Assembly: GCF_018350175.1 (NCBI RefSeq) | Contig: NC_058369.1 | Location: forward strand, 14,510,001 to 14,574,000 | Direction of reading: 5' to 3' | DNA: 64,000 nt | Source: Felis catus | Lineage: Eukaryota | In this document: one piece after another, positions 53,265 to 64,000 of the stretch | Layout: every line of letters begins with the position of its first letter | How positions within the stretch are numbered: position 1 is the first letter of the stretch | Translations under genes and position numbers: made by a program | The notes under the pieces: model-generated | The model's database searches: none | What the model was told of the DNA's origin: nothing | The model's input: only the letters and a program-made list of their open reading frames with translations

Positions 53265-53396
53265 ACCTCTTCGACAAGAATGCCTGGCAGTGTCATCCCA
53301 CCACCCCTGGTCCGCGGCGGACAGCAGGTGTCCTCCAAGCTGGGGCCACAGGCGAGCTCACAGGTCGTCATGCCCCCACTCGTCAGGGGGGCTCAG
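53265..53396 (+). CDS. GATAD2A: GATAD2A coding exon 5 [21 protein letters not shown]...MPPLVRGAQ
   Basis: ttgacag acceptor, CAG|GTGAGC donor, 132 nt. The frame is not shown in the ORF track and was translated by hand. Confidence 0.95.
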
Positions 53397-53563
53397 GTGA
53401 GCAGGGCGTGCTTTTAGGATGCAAGAGTGTCCAAGCAGCTCCAACCAACCAACCACCTCACAAGAACAACCCTTCCCAGTCATCAGGTTGGGGGCTCTGG
53501 GGCCCAAATCTTCCCTCCCTCCATCGTCCCTCTTACCATCTTATCCCCTATCCCACCCCACAG

Positions 53564-53731
53564 CAAATCCACAACATCAGACAACATTCCAGCACGGGGC
53601 CGCCACCGCTCCTCCTGGCCCCTCGGGCCTCTGTGCCCAGTGTGCAAATTCAGGGACAGAGGATCATCCAGCAGGGCCTCATCCGTGTCGCCAATGTCCC
53701 CAACACCAGTCTGCTCGTCAACATCCCACAG
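53564..53731 (+). CDS. GATAD2A: GATAD2A coding exon 6 [21 protein letters not shown]...LLVNIPQ
   Basis: ccccacag acceptor, CAG|GTGAGG donor, 168 nt. Confidence 0.96.
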
Positions 53732-55225
53732 GTGAGGGCTGTGCTGAGTCAGGGTGGGGCACATGCCCTACAGACACAACACATCAAGGGCCCACAGTCC
53801 TGGGGCATAGTCTTGTCACTGGAGTGGTATGGTGTGGCCTGCCCACTCAGAACCAGGCAAGGCCTTGTATACCCTATGGAGGTTTAGACTAGAGCTCCTT
53901 GGGACCTGTCACAGTATGAAAGTCACGAGCAGGAGTCCTGTGTTCAGAACTGTGGTCTAGCAGAGGTGGGTAGCTATTGAGAGGGGGAGAGGTGCAGAGC
54001 TGAGTGGTGGGGGGAAGATTGAGGTTGCGTATAGGACTCAGCATGTTTTGGGGGATGGATGAGGCCAGGTGAAGAATCTGATAGGCCTGGAGATAGATGC
54101 GGGGCACCATAGCCTTCCCCACCCTCCTCCCTGTCAGCATGAGCACATGAGGGGAGCATGTCTACAAATGTCCTCACAGCACCGGCACATCTATTCTTAG
54201 CCGTGAGTCCCTTCACCTCTTGTACAGAGCCTCTGAGATGGGGTGGGTCTGTTTCCACCCAGCAGAGCCAAGAAGATGGGATCAGGGTGGGTGGGCAGGC
54301 TGGAAGCAAGAGCTTTATTGACAGATAAATTACTGGGTCTACAGCGGCTTTTGCTGATGGGTGTGTTAGCTTCTCTTCCTCCTATGGTGTGGTGCATCTT
54401 TGTCTGCCTCCCTCAAATAAGACCCCGGCCAACAGAGCTCTGGGCAGCATCCCTGCCTTCTCTGAAGTCAGACCAGGCCAGTGTGCTATGATGGCTGGCT
54501 TCCTCTCTGTTGGGAGGCTTGCTCAACTCTGTGAGAGTGGTCCTGGGATAGCATCGTAGGCTCCCTGGGTCCTGTGATGTGTTGTGTGCAAGTTCTTGGG
54601 TATGTCTATTTTCCTGGGGGTGGTGTATGCTGCTTTCCTTAGATTTCCAGAAGGGCACTGGTGAGGTCAACTCAGAGTTTTGAGGAAAGCGCTCGACAAG
54701 GTTGGGGGCTGGGTGAACTAGAGCAAGGAGAAAACGGAGCATTGGCCACTGGGATCCAGATGAAGGCAAGAAAAGTAGTGCAGGAGCACCAAAGATCAAG
54801 AGGGGGTAGGGGCAGGGATTGGTCCAGAAGCCGGTCTCCCCTGAAACCCCAGTGAGGATACATGAGCTGAGTAAAACATTAGTCTCCAGATAAGCACACA
54901 CAAAGATGCTCATGAAGGAAATGCCACCAGTGTTCTAGTGATCCACTGCCGTACTGCTGTAATGAAGGAGGTCACCTAGCCCTGTGCTGGGAGGAGGGCT
55001 GCTAGGCCATAGTGACAGGACAGTGACTGTGTTGCCTGAGTGGGGGTGCCCACTGCCCTAGTCGTGGTTTTGGTTTCATGGGTGTCGTCATGGCAAAACA
55101 CAGCAAATTACAGACTTTAAATGCATGTAGTTTATTGGATATCAGCTAAACCTCAAGTGTGTTTACAGGATTGGTCAATCTCATAGAGTGATGAGTTTAA
55201 CGCTGCTTTGCCTGTTGCTTGCTGA

Positions 55226-55669
<444 letters not shown>

Positions 55670-55761
55670 TAGGTTGTTTTGAATGCACAGCACGTGTTAG
55701 AATATCAGTTCTGCTTGCTGCGAGGCTTAGATTACTTTTTTGCTTGTTTTAGTTCTTGCAT

Positions 55762-55895
55762 TTTTAAAAATACTTATTTTTGAAGTATACTTGACATACA
55801 ATGTGACATTAGTTTCAGGTATACATTATAGTGATTTAATAGTTTTATGCATTAATCAGTGTTCACCACAATAAATGAAGCCACCATTTGTCACC
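55762..55895 (-). mobile_element. Short L1 3' terminal fragment
   Basis: gaagtatacttgacatacaatgtgacattagtttcaggtatac is an L1MA9/L1_Carn-like terminus. Confidence 0.75.
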
Positions 55896-57869
55896 TTAGA
55901 TAACTTCTTAAACACATGACAGTCACCTTTCTTCTCTTGTTGAGGCTGCCTCTGAGAGCTGGGCCCTGAGGAAGCCTGAGGCCCTGCACACATGGTCTGA
56001 GGGGGGTGAGAATCATTCCCCAACAGCTCTGTGACGTTGGGGCAGGGAGAAGAGGGTGAGGAGAAACGTCTGCAGGAAGTTGACAGGCTTTGCTTCCAGA
56101 TAGGGCTCTCAGGCTAGAACTTTCCAGAGCCTTGAGTGCTCTGAGCCCCCAAGGTGGGAGAGGGACACCTATGTCTGGGCCAGATTCCCTTGAACATCCT
56201 CCTTGGAAACAGTTTGGAAAGCACCACTTGCATGTTAGGTTTTAGGGATAAAAGGGCATATATCAGTTAGTGATCAAAAGTAACACTGGAAATGGAGGTG
56301 GGAAACCAGATATTGGCCCTTGGGAGGCCTCTACCAGATGCTGATGTGAAGATGTTCTTGTTCTGAGATTGATTCGTGGTGACTTTATTTGGGCAGCCAG
56401 CCTGAATCCTCTCCCTATGTGATCTCAGCAAATGCTCAGAGCTGAGGAGAAGGTGGAGCCATAACCAGTCCAGGGCAAGGAAGGGCTCAGTAGGCTTTAG
56501 ACCACATACCTTGAATTGTCCCTTAGTACATGCCGACTGCTCCCAGGGCACAGACTCTGGGGCGACCGTAATTGGGGCCCATACAGAGGGAAAGCACCTT
56601 CTGCCTGCTTGCTTCTGCAGAGAGGGAGGGAGGCAGGTGTGTATAACAGGGAGCTGTGACCCCCGTAGTGCCTGCTTGCTGTCAGGGTGTTGGTGGGAGT
56701 GCTTTCTTCTCCCTCATTAGTCAGCATATCACAGAATTTCCTCCTCAGGTGTTGTATTCAGTGCCTTTGAGAGGCAGAGCCCTCCATATGTAGGCAGGAC
56801 CAGACCCAGGGCAGAGAACACCCAGCCGGCCACCTCAGATTTACTTGTAGCCTCCTTACTACACCCCACCCACCTACCCAACCCCATTGCTCTTAAAACA
56901 GTCCCCAACCACAGGGCCATATCAAGGATTGACCATGAGTCAGGTTGAGAGTAGGAGACCACAAAGGCCCAACCAACATTGGCTTCAGGTATGAGCTGTC
57001 ACATGGCTTGGATGTGTTTGGATCCCTTTGATGTCTTTATGATGGAGTGTTACTGGCAAAAGAGCTGCTGCGAGCCCAGTGCAGGATGGGTGGGTGGGAG
57101 ACCCACGTCAGGACACAATGCCCGTCCATCTGCAGCCATCTGCCCTGGGGACCTCCTCTCCCAGATCAGCCTTTTCTCTACCTGTTCTCTCATCAGGAGT
57201 CAGTATCCCTCTCGTATTGCCCAAAACTGGTCCTAAGTGTGGGAGGAGGCTCTGAGCCCTATTTGAGGTGTCTCCTGATACCTCACAGAGCCTCCGTCTG
57301 GTTGGCTGTGTGCAGCCTCATACCGGCGTCTCCACTCTGGTGCCATTCATGCCCACCACAGCTGCCTAGGAGAAGGTACCTTGTCCTCCAGGCTTGGATG
57401 TTTGGAAGGGGATGTGCTCTTTTCACCAGAGCATGTTAGCTGCAGGTGAGGGCCTGGGGCTGGGGGCCTGAAGTAGACCCTGGGTGGCTGGATCTGGTGA
57501 CATCTCATCTGCTCTGTGGGGTGAGGGGCTTCCCCAGTCTGATCCTGCACAGCCCCTCAGCATTTGGGGCAGTTTGGGCAGGCCAAGGGTCTCTCAGCAG
57601 CATGGTCTCTGATGTTAAAAGGAAGTTAAGCCCTTGAGTACTAGACACAAAAAGATAGTTGTAAAATGCCAAAAGTACCCCTTCACTTTGGATGGCAAAA
57701 ATAATTTTGATCCCATGCCTGAGCATGCACTTTACCTGGCTTTCCCCAGTCACCCTTCCTATGGCCATCCGAGGGGATGCCACATTCCCATCTCAGAAAA
57801 GGGGGCCAAGGACCCAGAGCAGTTGTGTGCTCTCACCTGGGCAGCAGGTATGAGTCCTGGCCCTGCTGC

Positions 57870-58040
57870 TGACTGGTGTGTGACTCTGCAAGTCACTTCA
57901 TCTCCTCAGCCTCGGTTTTCTCCTCAGAAAAACCTTTAGTGGACTAGGGTGCCCTGTTAGGAGGTTATTGTGAGAATCGAACACCTTTGTATATGCACAA
58001 GACACTGGGTAGGATACTTGTCAGCATGAGTACTTGCTGG
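57870..58040 (+). mobile_element. MIR relic
   Basis: gtgtgactctgcaagtcacttcatctcctcagcctcggttttctc...gttattgtgagaat. Confidence 0.65.
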
Positions 58041-58490
58041 ATGATTGGTCCTTATTTGACTTGCCCATCACAGCGAGGTGGGACCTGGAGGGGGTTACCA
58101 TTTCCTTTTCACTGATGAGGTGTGGGAGGGTTGGAAAAACCTCCATCCCTGAAATTTAATGTTGCACTGAGGGTGGGAAAGGCAACTGGGAGTAGCCAAT
58201 CTGAGAGCATTGATGTTCTTGAGAATTGATACCCAGTGTACCTGATCCATGGCATTTTCCAAAGCTTCTCAAATTCCCTTCTATTGGCAAACCTTCCCCA
58301 GGGCTGGCCTAGTGTCCACACACAGCACCCGGTATGTGTGTGCCAAACAGACATTGTCGACTTGGGATTTTGGTTCCTGATGCCAGTTGGGCCATGCAGC
58401 CCAGGGCACTGCTCTAGATCTGTCATGTGTCCTCATTCTGCCCTGGGATGGTAGGGGCTCTGATTCTGGCATCCTGTTCCTCTGACGTGA

Positions 58491-58844
<354 letters not shown>

Positions 58845-59491
58845 TGAGGCCTGGGATCATGGGCTGGGCGGCCTTGCCTCTAGGAGAGGGGCCTTGTTCC
58901 CTTGGCTGGGAGTTGTTGCTAGCAAGCAAGATGTTCCGACATTCTGTCTCACACTGGGCAGTCATCTGCCTGGTTGTTAACTGTGTGTCTAAATTGCATT
59001 TAATGGTGGCCTTTGGTGGTGAAAATACTAATTTGCAGTTTCTTTAGATTTTGTAGCTTTCACTTGCAGTGTTCCAGCTGACAAGTACTTCTTGTCTAAA
59101 ACGACTTTTCTGAAAGCCACATTGAGATGCAAAAGGGGCATTTGGAAGAAATGTTCTAGCTAAATTAAGGAGAGAAGCAAGTTTGAAATCAAGTTTTTTG
59201 GCTGCTTTTTTTTTTTAATGCTTTGCTTTCCCACCCCTTATAGACCCAAAGCACCCCGTTGGCAACTTTTTGTGTCCTTGGAAGTCATTTGTAATTCACT
59301 AATAAATACATCTTCTCAAGATCCCTATGTAGTGGGTGGCTGTGCTGCCCTCGGGAAACAGCCTGTCCCATGGGGACTGGGCCTCATGCGGCCACAGCTG
59401 CTGCCCTTTGGTCACTCTAGGTCACCCTAGGCCGGCCTGTGGATGGTGCTGACCTCGGTTTCAACCCCCCCCCTCCCCCCCGTTTGTGTAG

Positions 59492-59566
59492 GTCATAAAA
59501 CCCCGGCGTAAGTTGGCGTTCCGCTCAGGAGAGGCCCGCGACTGGAGTAACGGGGCTGTGCTACAG
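59492..59566 (+). CDS. GATAD2A: GATAD2A coding exon 9 [25 protein letters not shown] (75 nt, symmetric)
   Basis: tgtgtag acceptor, CAG|GTCAGA donor, phase 0 at both ends. Confidence 0.93.
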
Positions 59567-59850
59567 GTCAGAACTGCGGTGCCGGGAGCCCCTGCACCGC
59601 GCCACCAACCAGCCCTCACGCCCCAGACCGTGACCACGTCAGTCGCCGACTGTCACGCTGCCTGCGTCTGTCTCTCCCTGCCTCCTTCCCCTCTCCCCCG
59701 GTGTAACTTACCTGGTCTCCTGATTTTGGACTTTAGGGACCCTGTGTGGGTGGGAAGAGGTCGGCCAGAGCACGGAGAGGCTGCGCTGAGCGTCTTGCCC
59801 TCTGTCATCCCCTTCCCCACATGAGCCATCATACCTTCTCTCTGCTGTAG

Positions 59851-60046
59851 GCCTCCAGCCAGCTGTCCCGGGGCTCAGCCACAACGCCCCGAGGTGTCCT
59901 GCACACATTCAGCCAGTCACCCAAACTGCAGAATGCAGCCTCGGCCACAGCCCTTGTCAGCAGGACCGGCAGACATTCCGAGAGAGCTGTGAGCACCGGC
60001 AAGGGCAATGCCACCACCAACTGGAAGAAGGCACCCCTGAGTACAG
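59851..60046 (+). CDS. GATAD2A: GATAD2A coding exon 10 [15 protein letters not shown]...NWKKAPLST
   Basis: ctctctgctgtag acceptor, CAG|GTGGGT donor, 196 nt, phase 1. Confidence 0.95.
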
Positions 60047-60100
60047 GTGGGTGGCCCCCACAGGGCTTAGAGTGGGGACCTTGTCATGATGAGGTCCACA

Positions 60101-60315
60101 GGGGCACCTGGGTGGCTCAGTTGGTTAAGCATCCAATTCTTGATCTTGGCTCAAGTCGTGATCTCACAGTCCGTGCATTCAAGCCCTGCTTAAGGCTCCA
60201 TGCTGGCAGTTCCGAGACTGCTCAGGATCCTCTCTCTCCCTCTGTCTCTCCCCTTCCCCAGCTTGTGCTCTCCTCTCTCAAAGGAAATAAACCTCAAAAA
60301 GAAAAGAAAAGAAAA
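60101..60315 (+). mobile_element. Can-SINE
   Basis: SINE head and A-rich tail. Confidence 0.9.
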
Positions 60316-60829
60316 ACATGCACACATACAGGTGAACAGAAATGATAGACAGAGCCCTGAGACCCCAGACCTGTCCCCTGAGAACACCTGCTTCTGACTC
60401 TTCAGCTTAATCTCTGTTCACTAAATAAGATGCCCTGAACAGCTGGTAACCCTGGATGGATAACTAATTGCCCTTGTTTGCTCGCTCTATACCCAGACTC
60501 TAGCTCTTGACCCAAAACGTGGAGCAGACCCAGTTTAGGTAGTGTGTCTCACACACACACGCACACGCCATCCAGCCAGTGGGCATCTGTCAGCACAAAC
60601 ACTCAATCTTGCCAACTCTGGGTGCTGTGCCTCCTCCCCACTCCCCCACCTTCCTGCCATAGGGAATGCCTGCTTTTGCTGTTATGTTTTACCTTCTCTG
60701 ATGCAGTAATTAATTTATTGTTGAGCCAGGCAGCATTCTTCATTCCCTGCTTTGTGGTTCACTCTTCCCACCCTCTGGTTTGGACAGGTCAGGTGGTGCA
60801 AAGTTGCAAGCTAGCATGAGAATGTGGTA

Positions 60830-61065
60830 GGGTGCCTTGGTGGGCTCAGTCAGTTAAGTGTTGACTTCGGCATAGGTCATGATCTCACGGTTCATGGGTT
60901 CGAACCCTGCACCAGGTTCTGTGCTGACAGCTCGGAGCCTGGAGGCCTGCTTTGGATTCTGTGCCTCCCCCTCTCTCTGCCCCTCCCCTGCTCATGTTCT
61001 GTCTGTCTGTCGCTCTCTAAAATAAATAAAAAACTCCAAAAAAAAAGAAAAAGAAAGAAAAAACT
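60830..61065 (+). mobile_element. Can-SINE
   Basis: SINE body, (CT)n and A-rich tail. Confidence 0.9.
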
Positions 61066-62421
61066 CAAAACCCCAAAAACATTGGGGGAAGAGGAGGGAA
61101 ATCCCTGGAGCAGGGGCAAGACCATGGTGGGCATCAGAGGACTCTGAGGAGACCACATTTGAGAAACAACTCAAGGGAGGAGGGATACACTTAGGTGAGC
61201 ATTCCCTAGTCTGCCACAGCCCCCATCATCTTTGGGTCATCCCCCACACCACTTGCCCCATTTTTTATTTATGTGCTGTCATTAAGGTGGCAGTTAAATA
61301 TTTCCATTAAAAACAGGAAAGTGAAAAAGACACAGAGGGCTGAGAGAGACAGGTGAGTGCTTTCACTGTGGGAGTGAGTGCCCTGCCCCCCACCTGAGCT
61401 CGCTGCGTCCCTGTCAAAAGAGGAGGCACCATCATGAGATCTGTCTCCCTAGGCAGAACTGGGAAAGCCAGGCTGTCTGCAAACAAAACACAGGAGTCTG
61501 CTGTGCATGCAGCTGACCACAGAGTTAGAAATACGGCCAAATATCAGACTTCCACAGGATGTAGCTCAGGAAAGGGAGGACATTGGTCTGATTGCCGAAG
61601 AACCTATTCTGTAGAGCAGAGAGAGAGCATTTGTAAACATAAAGCGGGCAGAGATACTTTTGTGTGTCATGTTTAAGATGCAGCTAAGAACTCAGAGCAG
61701 TTTGGAAATTCCTTTTGTGGAAAATTTTGAAAGTATATGAAATCAGCGGGAAAAGTCCAATGCAGGTGTGTGCATGTGTACACAGTGGTAGGAGCCATGT
61801 AAAACTGCATATTTAAGGTAATATTTGAAAGGGAATATGAAGGAATAAATAGTTGCTGTGTTCAGCAGTAGGACTAGAGGTAAGTGTGTAATAGTTTTAA
61901 AAACAGCATTTCCCAAAAGAGTTCTCCCAGCATTCCTAGTTAACCCTTGGTTTCTTGGCAGGACTCAGTCATGTTTCTCTTTAGAATGTATAGAGGTTTC
62001 CCAATTGCATTTGACCTCAAAACACTTGTTCCACAAAGTACATTAACCTCCACCAAAAGCACTCTTGGGGTAACACAGTGATAGGGGGAATGGAATGGGG
62101 CAGTCTTTACCCCCAGGCCAGCCAAAAACCTATTTGTGTTGGGAGATTGGGGGTCATTTCTTCATTTTTCAGTTGTAAAAGAGATGCTTGTTCATTGTGG
62201 AAATTTCGAGAATACAAAACAAATATAACGGTGTTTCTACCCCAAGAGAACAAATGCTGTATTTCGGGGCTTTTCCCCTATTCTGCATCTCCACTGGTGT
62301 GTCACTTGTGTGTAACTGAGTGCCCTACAGAGGTTTCCTGCTCTTTTCACCATTCCATGTTCCCTTTAATGTCATGAGATTATTACCACACCATTAAAAC
62401 TGTCACTCTGTTCTTTTGCAG

Positions 62422-62552
62422 GTGGGGCCCTTGCGTTTGTCAGCCCGAGCTTGGCAGTGCACAAGACCTCCTCAGCTGTGGACCGCCAGCGGGAGTACCT
62501 CCTGGACATGATCCCGCCACGCTCCATCCCCCAGTCAGCCACGTGGAAATAG
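62422..62552 (+). CDS. GATAD2A: GATAD2A last coding exon (G)[42 protein letters not shown]
   Basis: ttcttttgcag acceptor. Conserved [17 protein letters not shown]-terminal motif. TAG at 62550-62552. Confidence 0.97.
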
Positions 62553-63960
62553 TGCGAGCCGGGCCCGGTGGAGAACAGGCTCCCTCCTCCCTCCCACCTG
62601 GCCCTGCCACCCTCCACTCGGGAAGACATCATGCTCCCCGAGAGAATGAGTGAGCGAGCGCCGGCCATGCTGCAGAAGCAAGGGCTCCATTCTTGGCTGC
62701 AAAATCTCGTCGCAGCTGAGGGGCTGCTTCACAGGTGGACGAGGAATATCACTGGGGGACCTTTCCCTTGGGCTTTTTTCCTTTCTTTGCCTTTAGTTTG
62801 CCCAACACCAGCAGAAAAGTGGACCTCGGGGGCTGGTTCTGCTTCCGGCCCTTCCTTTCAGCCCCCCTCTCTCCCCAATCCCCCCAAGCCCGGCAGGGTG
62901 CATGGACGGCTCACCCTGGACACTGTGACACGCTCGGCGAGACCGGCGCCCGGGGCTTCTGAAGTCGAGCGGAGCGTTCTGTTTTGTTTTTGCTTCTCCC
63001 CATCTTAGCCCTCCAAGTCTTTGACTGCCTTCCTTCATGGCAATCTCTAGGTTGACAGATTTTTTTTTTTTTTTTAATCACCTCATGATGATGGAGTTTA
63101 AAGTAAACCGTGCAGACCCAGGGGTCCCTGCCGAGCACGGCCCCCACACCCCAGAGGGTGGGCCACTGACTGCCCAGCTCTCAGTCTAGCAGAAGGCCTC
63201 TGCTGCTGCTCATCCCGGAGACCCCGGACCTCCCACACTTAGCAGAAGAACAAACTGCAACCCTGACCCAGACAGAGAGCCTGGAATCCCGGAAGCCGCG
63301 TACCGCCAGTGGAGGGAGGAGAGAATTGGCAGCAACATCTGGAGCCTGAGTGGGAAATTAGAGGGGCAGGCTATTGTGTTTTTTGTTGTTGTTGTGGTTT
63401 TATTTTATTAAATTTTTCTTTTCCTACTTATTTTGATGGACAACATCCTAAGGTACCCTGGCCTATGCTCCTGTCAGGTGTGTCTGGTGGGGAGGTGCCC
63501 CTGCCCCTCCAAGACGTCAGGGTTTCTGTTTGGGTCTAGTTTAGAACCTTTCCTTAAAGCGGGGCCATGCTGCCAGGGTTCGCCTTCAGACTTTTTTTTT
63601 TTTTTTTTTTAAACCCTCTTTCGAGTCTACAGAAATGTCTTTCAAAGGATCAGGTCTGCTCTTAGTTTCATTTTGGTTTCTCCCACTCTTTAAAAATCAG
63701 TTCCATGAGGATAGACAGAAGCTGTCGTGAGTGTGCTGTGCACGGGCTGTCTCTGTGCAGGTGCAAGGGTGTCCTGTGTGCATGCACACACGTGTGTCGA
63801 TGTGGAGATGGGGTACACTGCTCCCCACTTCAGCCCCAGCCCTAGTTTTCCTATCCATGCAGTTAGGGACTTAATTTAAAATCCTTATTTTGTAGGGCCG
63901 CTGCCTTCAAAACACACTGCTACAACATTCTAATAAAGGCTCATTTAACCCCCTCTCTCA
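62553..63960 (+). other. GATAD2A: GATAD2A 3' UTR up to the first polyadenylation site
   Basis: Follows the stop codon, has no SINEs and contains U-rich tracts. It may continue to a distal site beyond the window. Confidence 0.8.
63932..63937 (+). terminator. Polyadenylation signal AATAAA
   Basis: AATAAA, then a CA about 22 nt downstream, then a GU-rich element (tgttgtgtg at 63961). Confidence 0.75.
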
Positions 63961-64000
63961 TGTTGTGTGAATATCCATGTTTAGCAACATTTTGACCTGC

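Noticed and set aside
53081..53887. 268-aa ORF, the longest in the track
   Set aside because: It is a chimera: intron, exon 5 read out of frame, a 167-nt intron, then exon 6 in frame. It starts at GTG, and only the exon 6 part matches GATAD2A.
63085..63170. ATGATGA...CTGA resembling C/D snoRNA boxes
   Set aside because: It lies in the 3' UTR exon, has no terminal stem, and has no recognisable rRNA or snRNA guide.

Overview
Mammalian genomic DNA, almost certainly a felid (about 27 tRNA-derived Can-SINEs, many of the cat type). The window holds the complete coding region of GATAD2A (p66-alpha, a NuRD/MBD2-3 co-repressor subunit) on the + strand. I reconstruct 11 coding exons from ATG 26835 to TAG 62552, all with GT-AG boundaries and consistent phases: 1896 nt, or 631 aa (632 aa via a NAGNAG acceptor). 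A 3' UTR follows, with AATAAA at 63932. The promoter and first exon lie upstream of the window. The rest is intron filled with SINE, L1, L2, MIR and DNA-transposon relics. I found no convincing novel biological system. The best leads are an 89-nt upstream exon with a perfect-Kozak uORF in frame with the protein, a 151-codon open frame after the stop codon, a dense intronic transcription-factor motif cluster, structured RNA and a U1-like sequence beside a 75-nt cassette-like exon, circRNA-type architecture around coding exon 1, and the diverged orthologue of human MIR640. Repeat subfamily names and boundaries were assigned by eye and are approximate.
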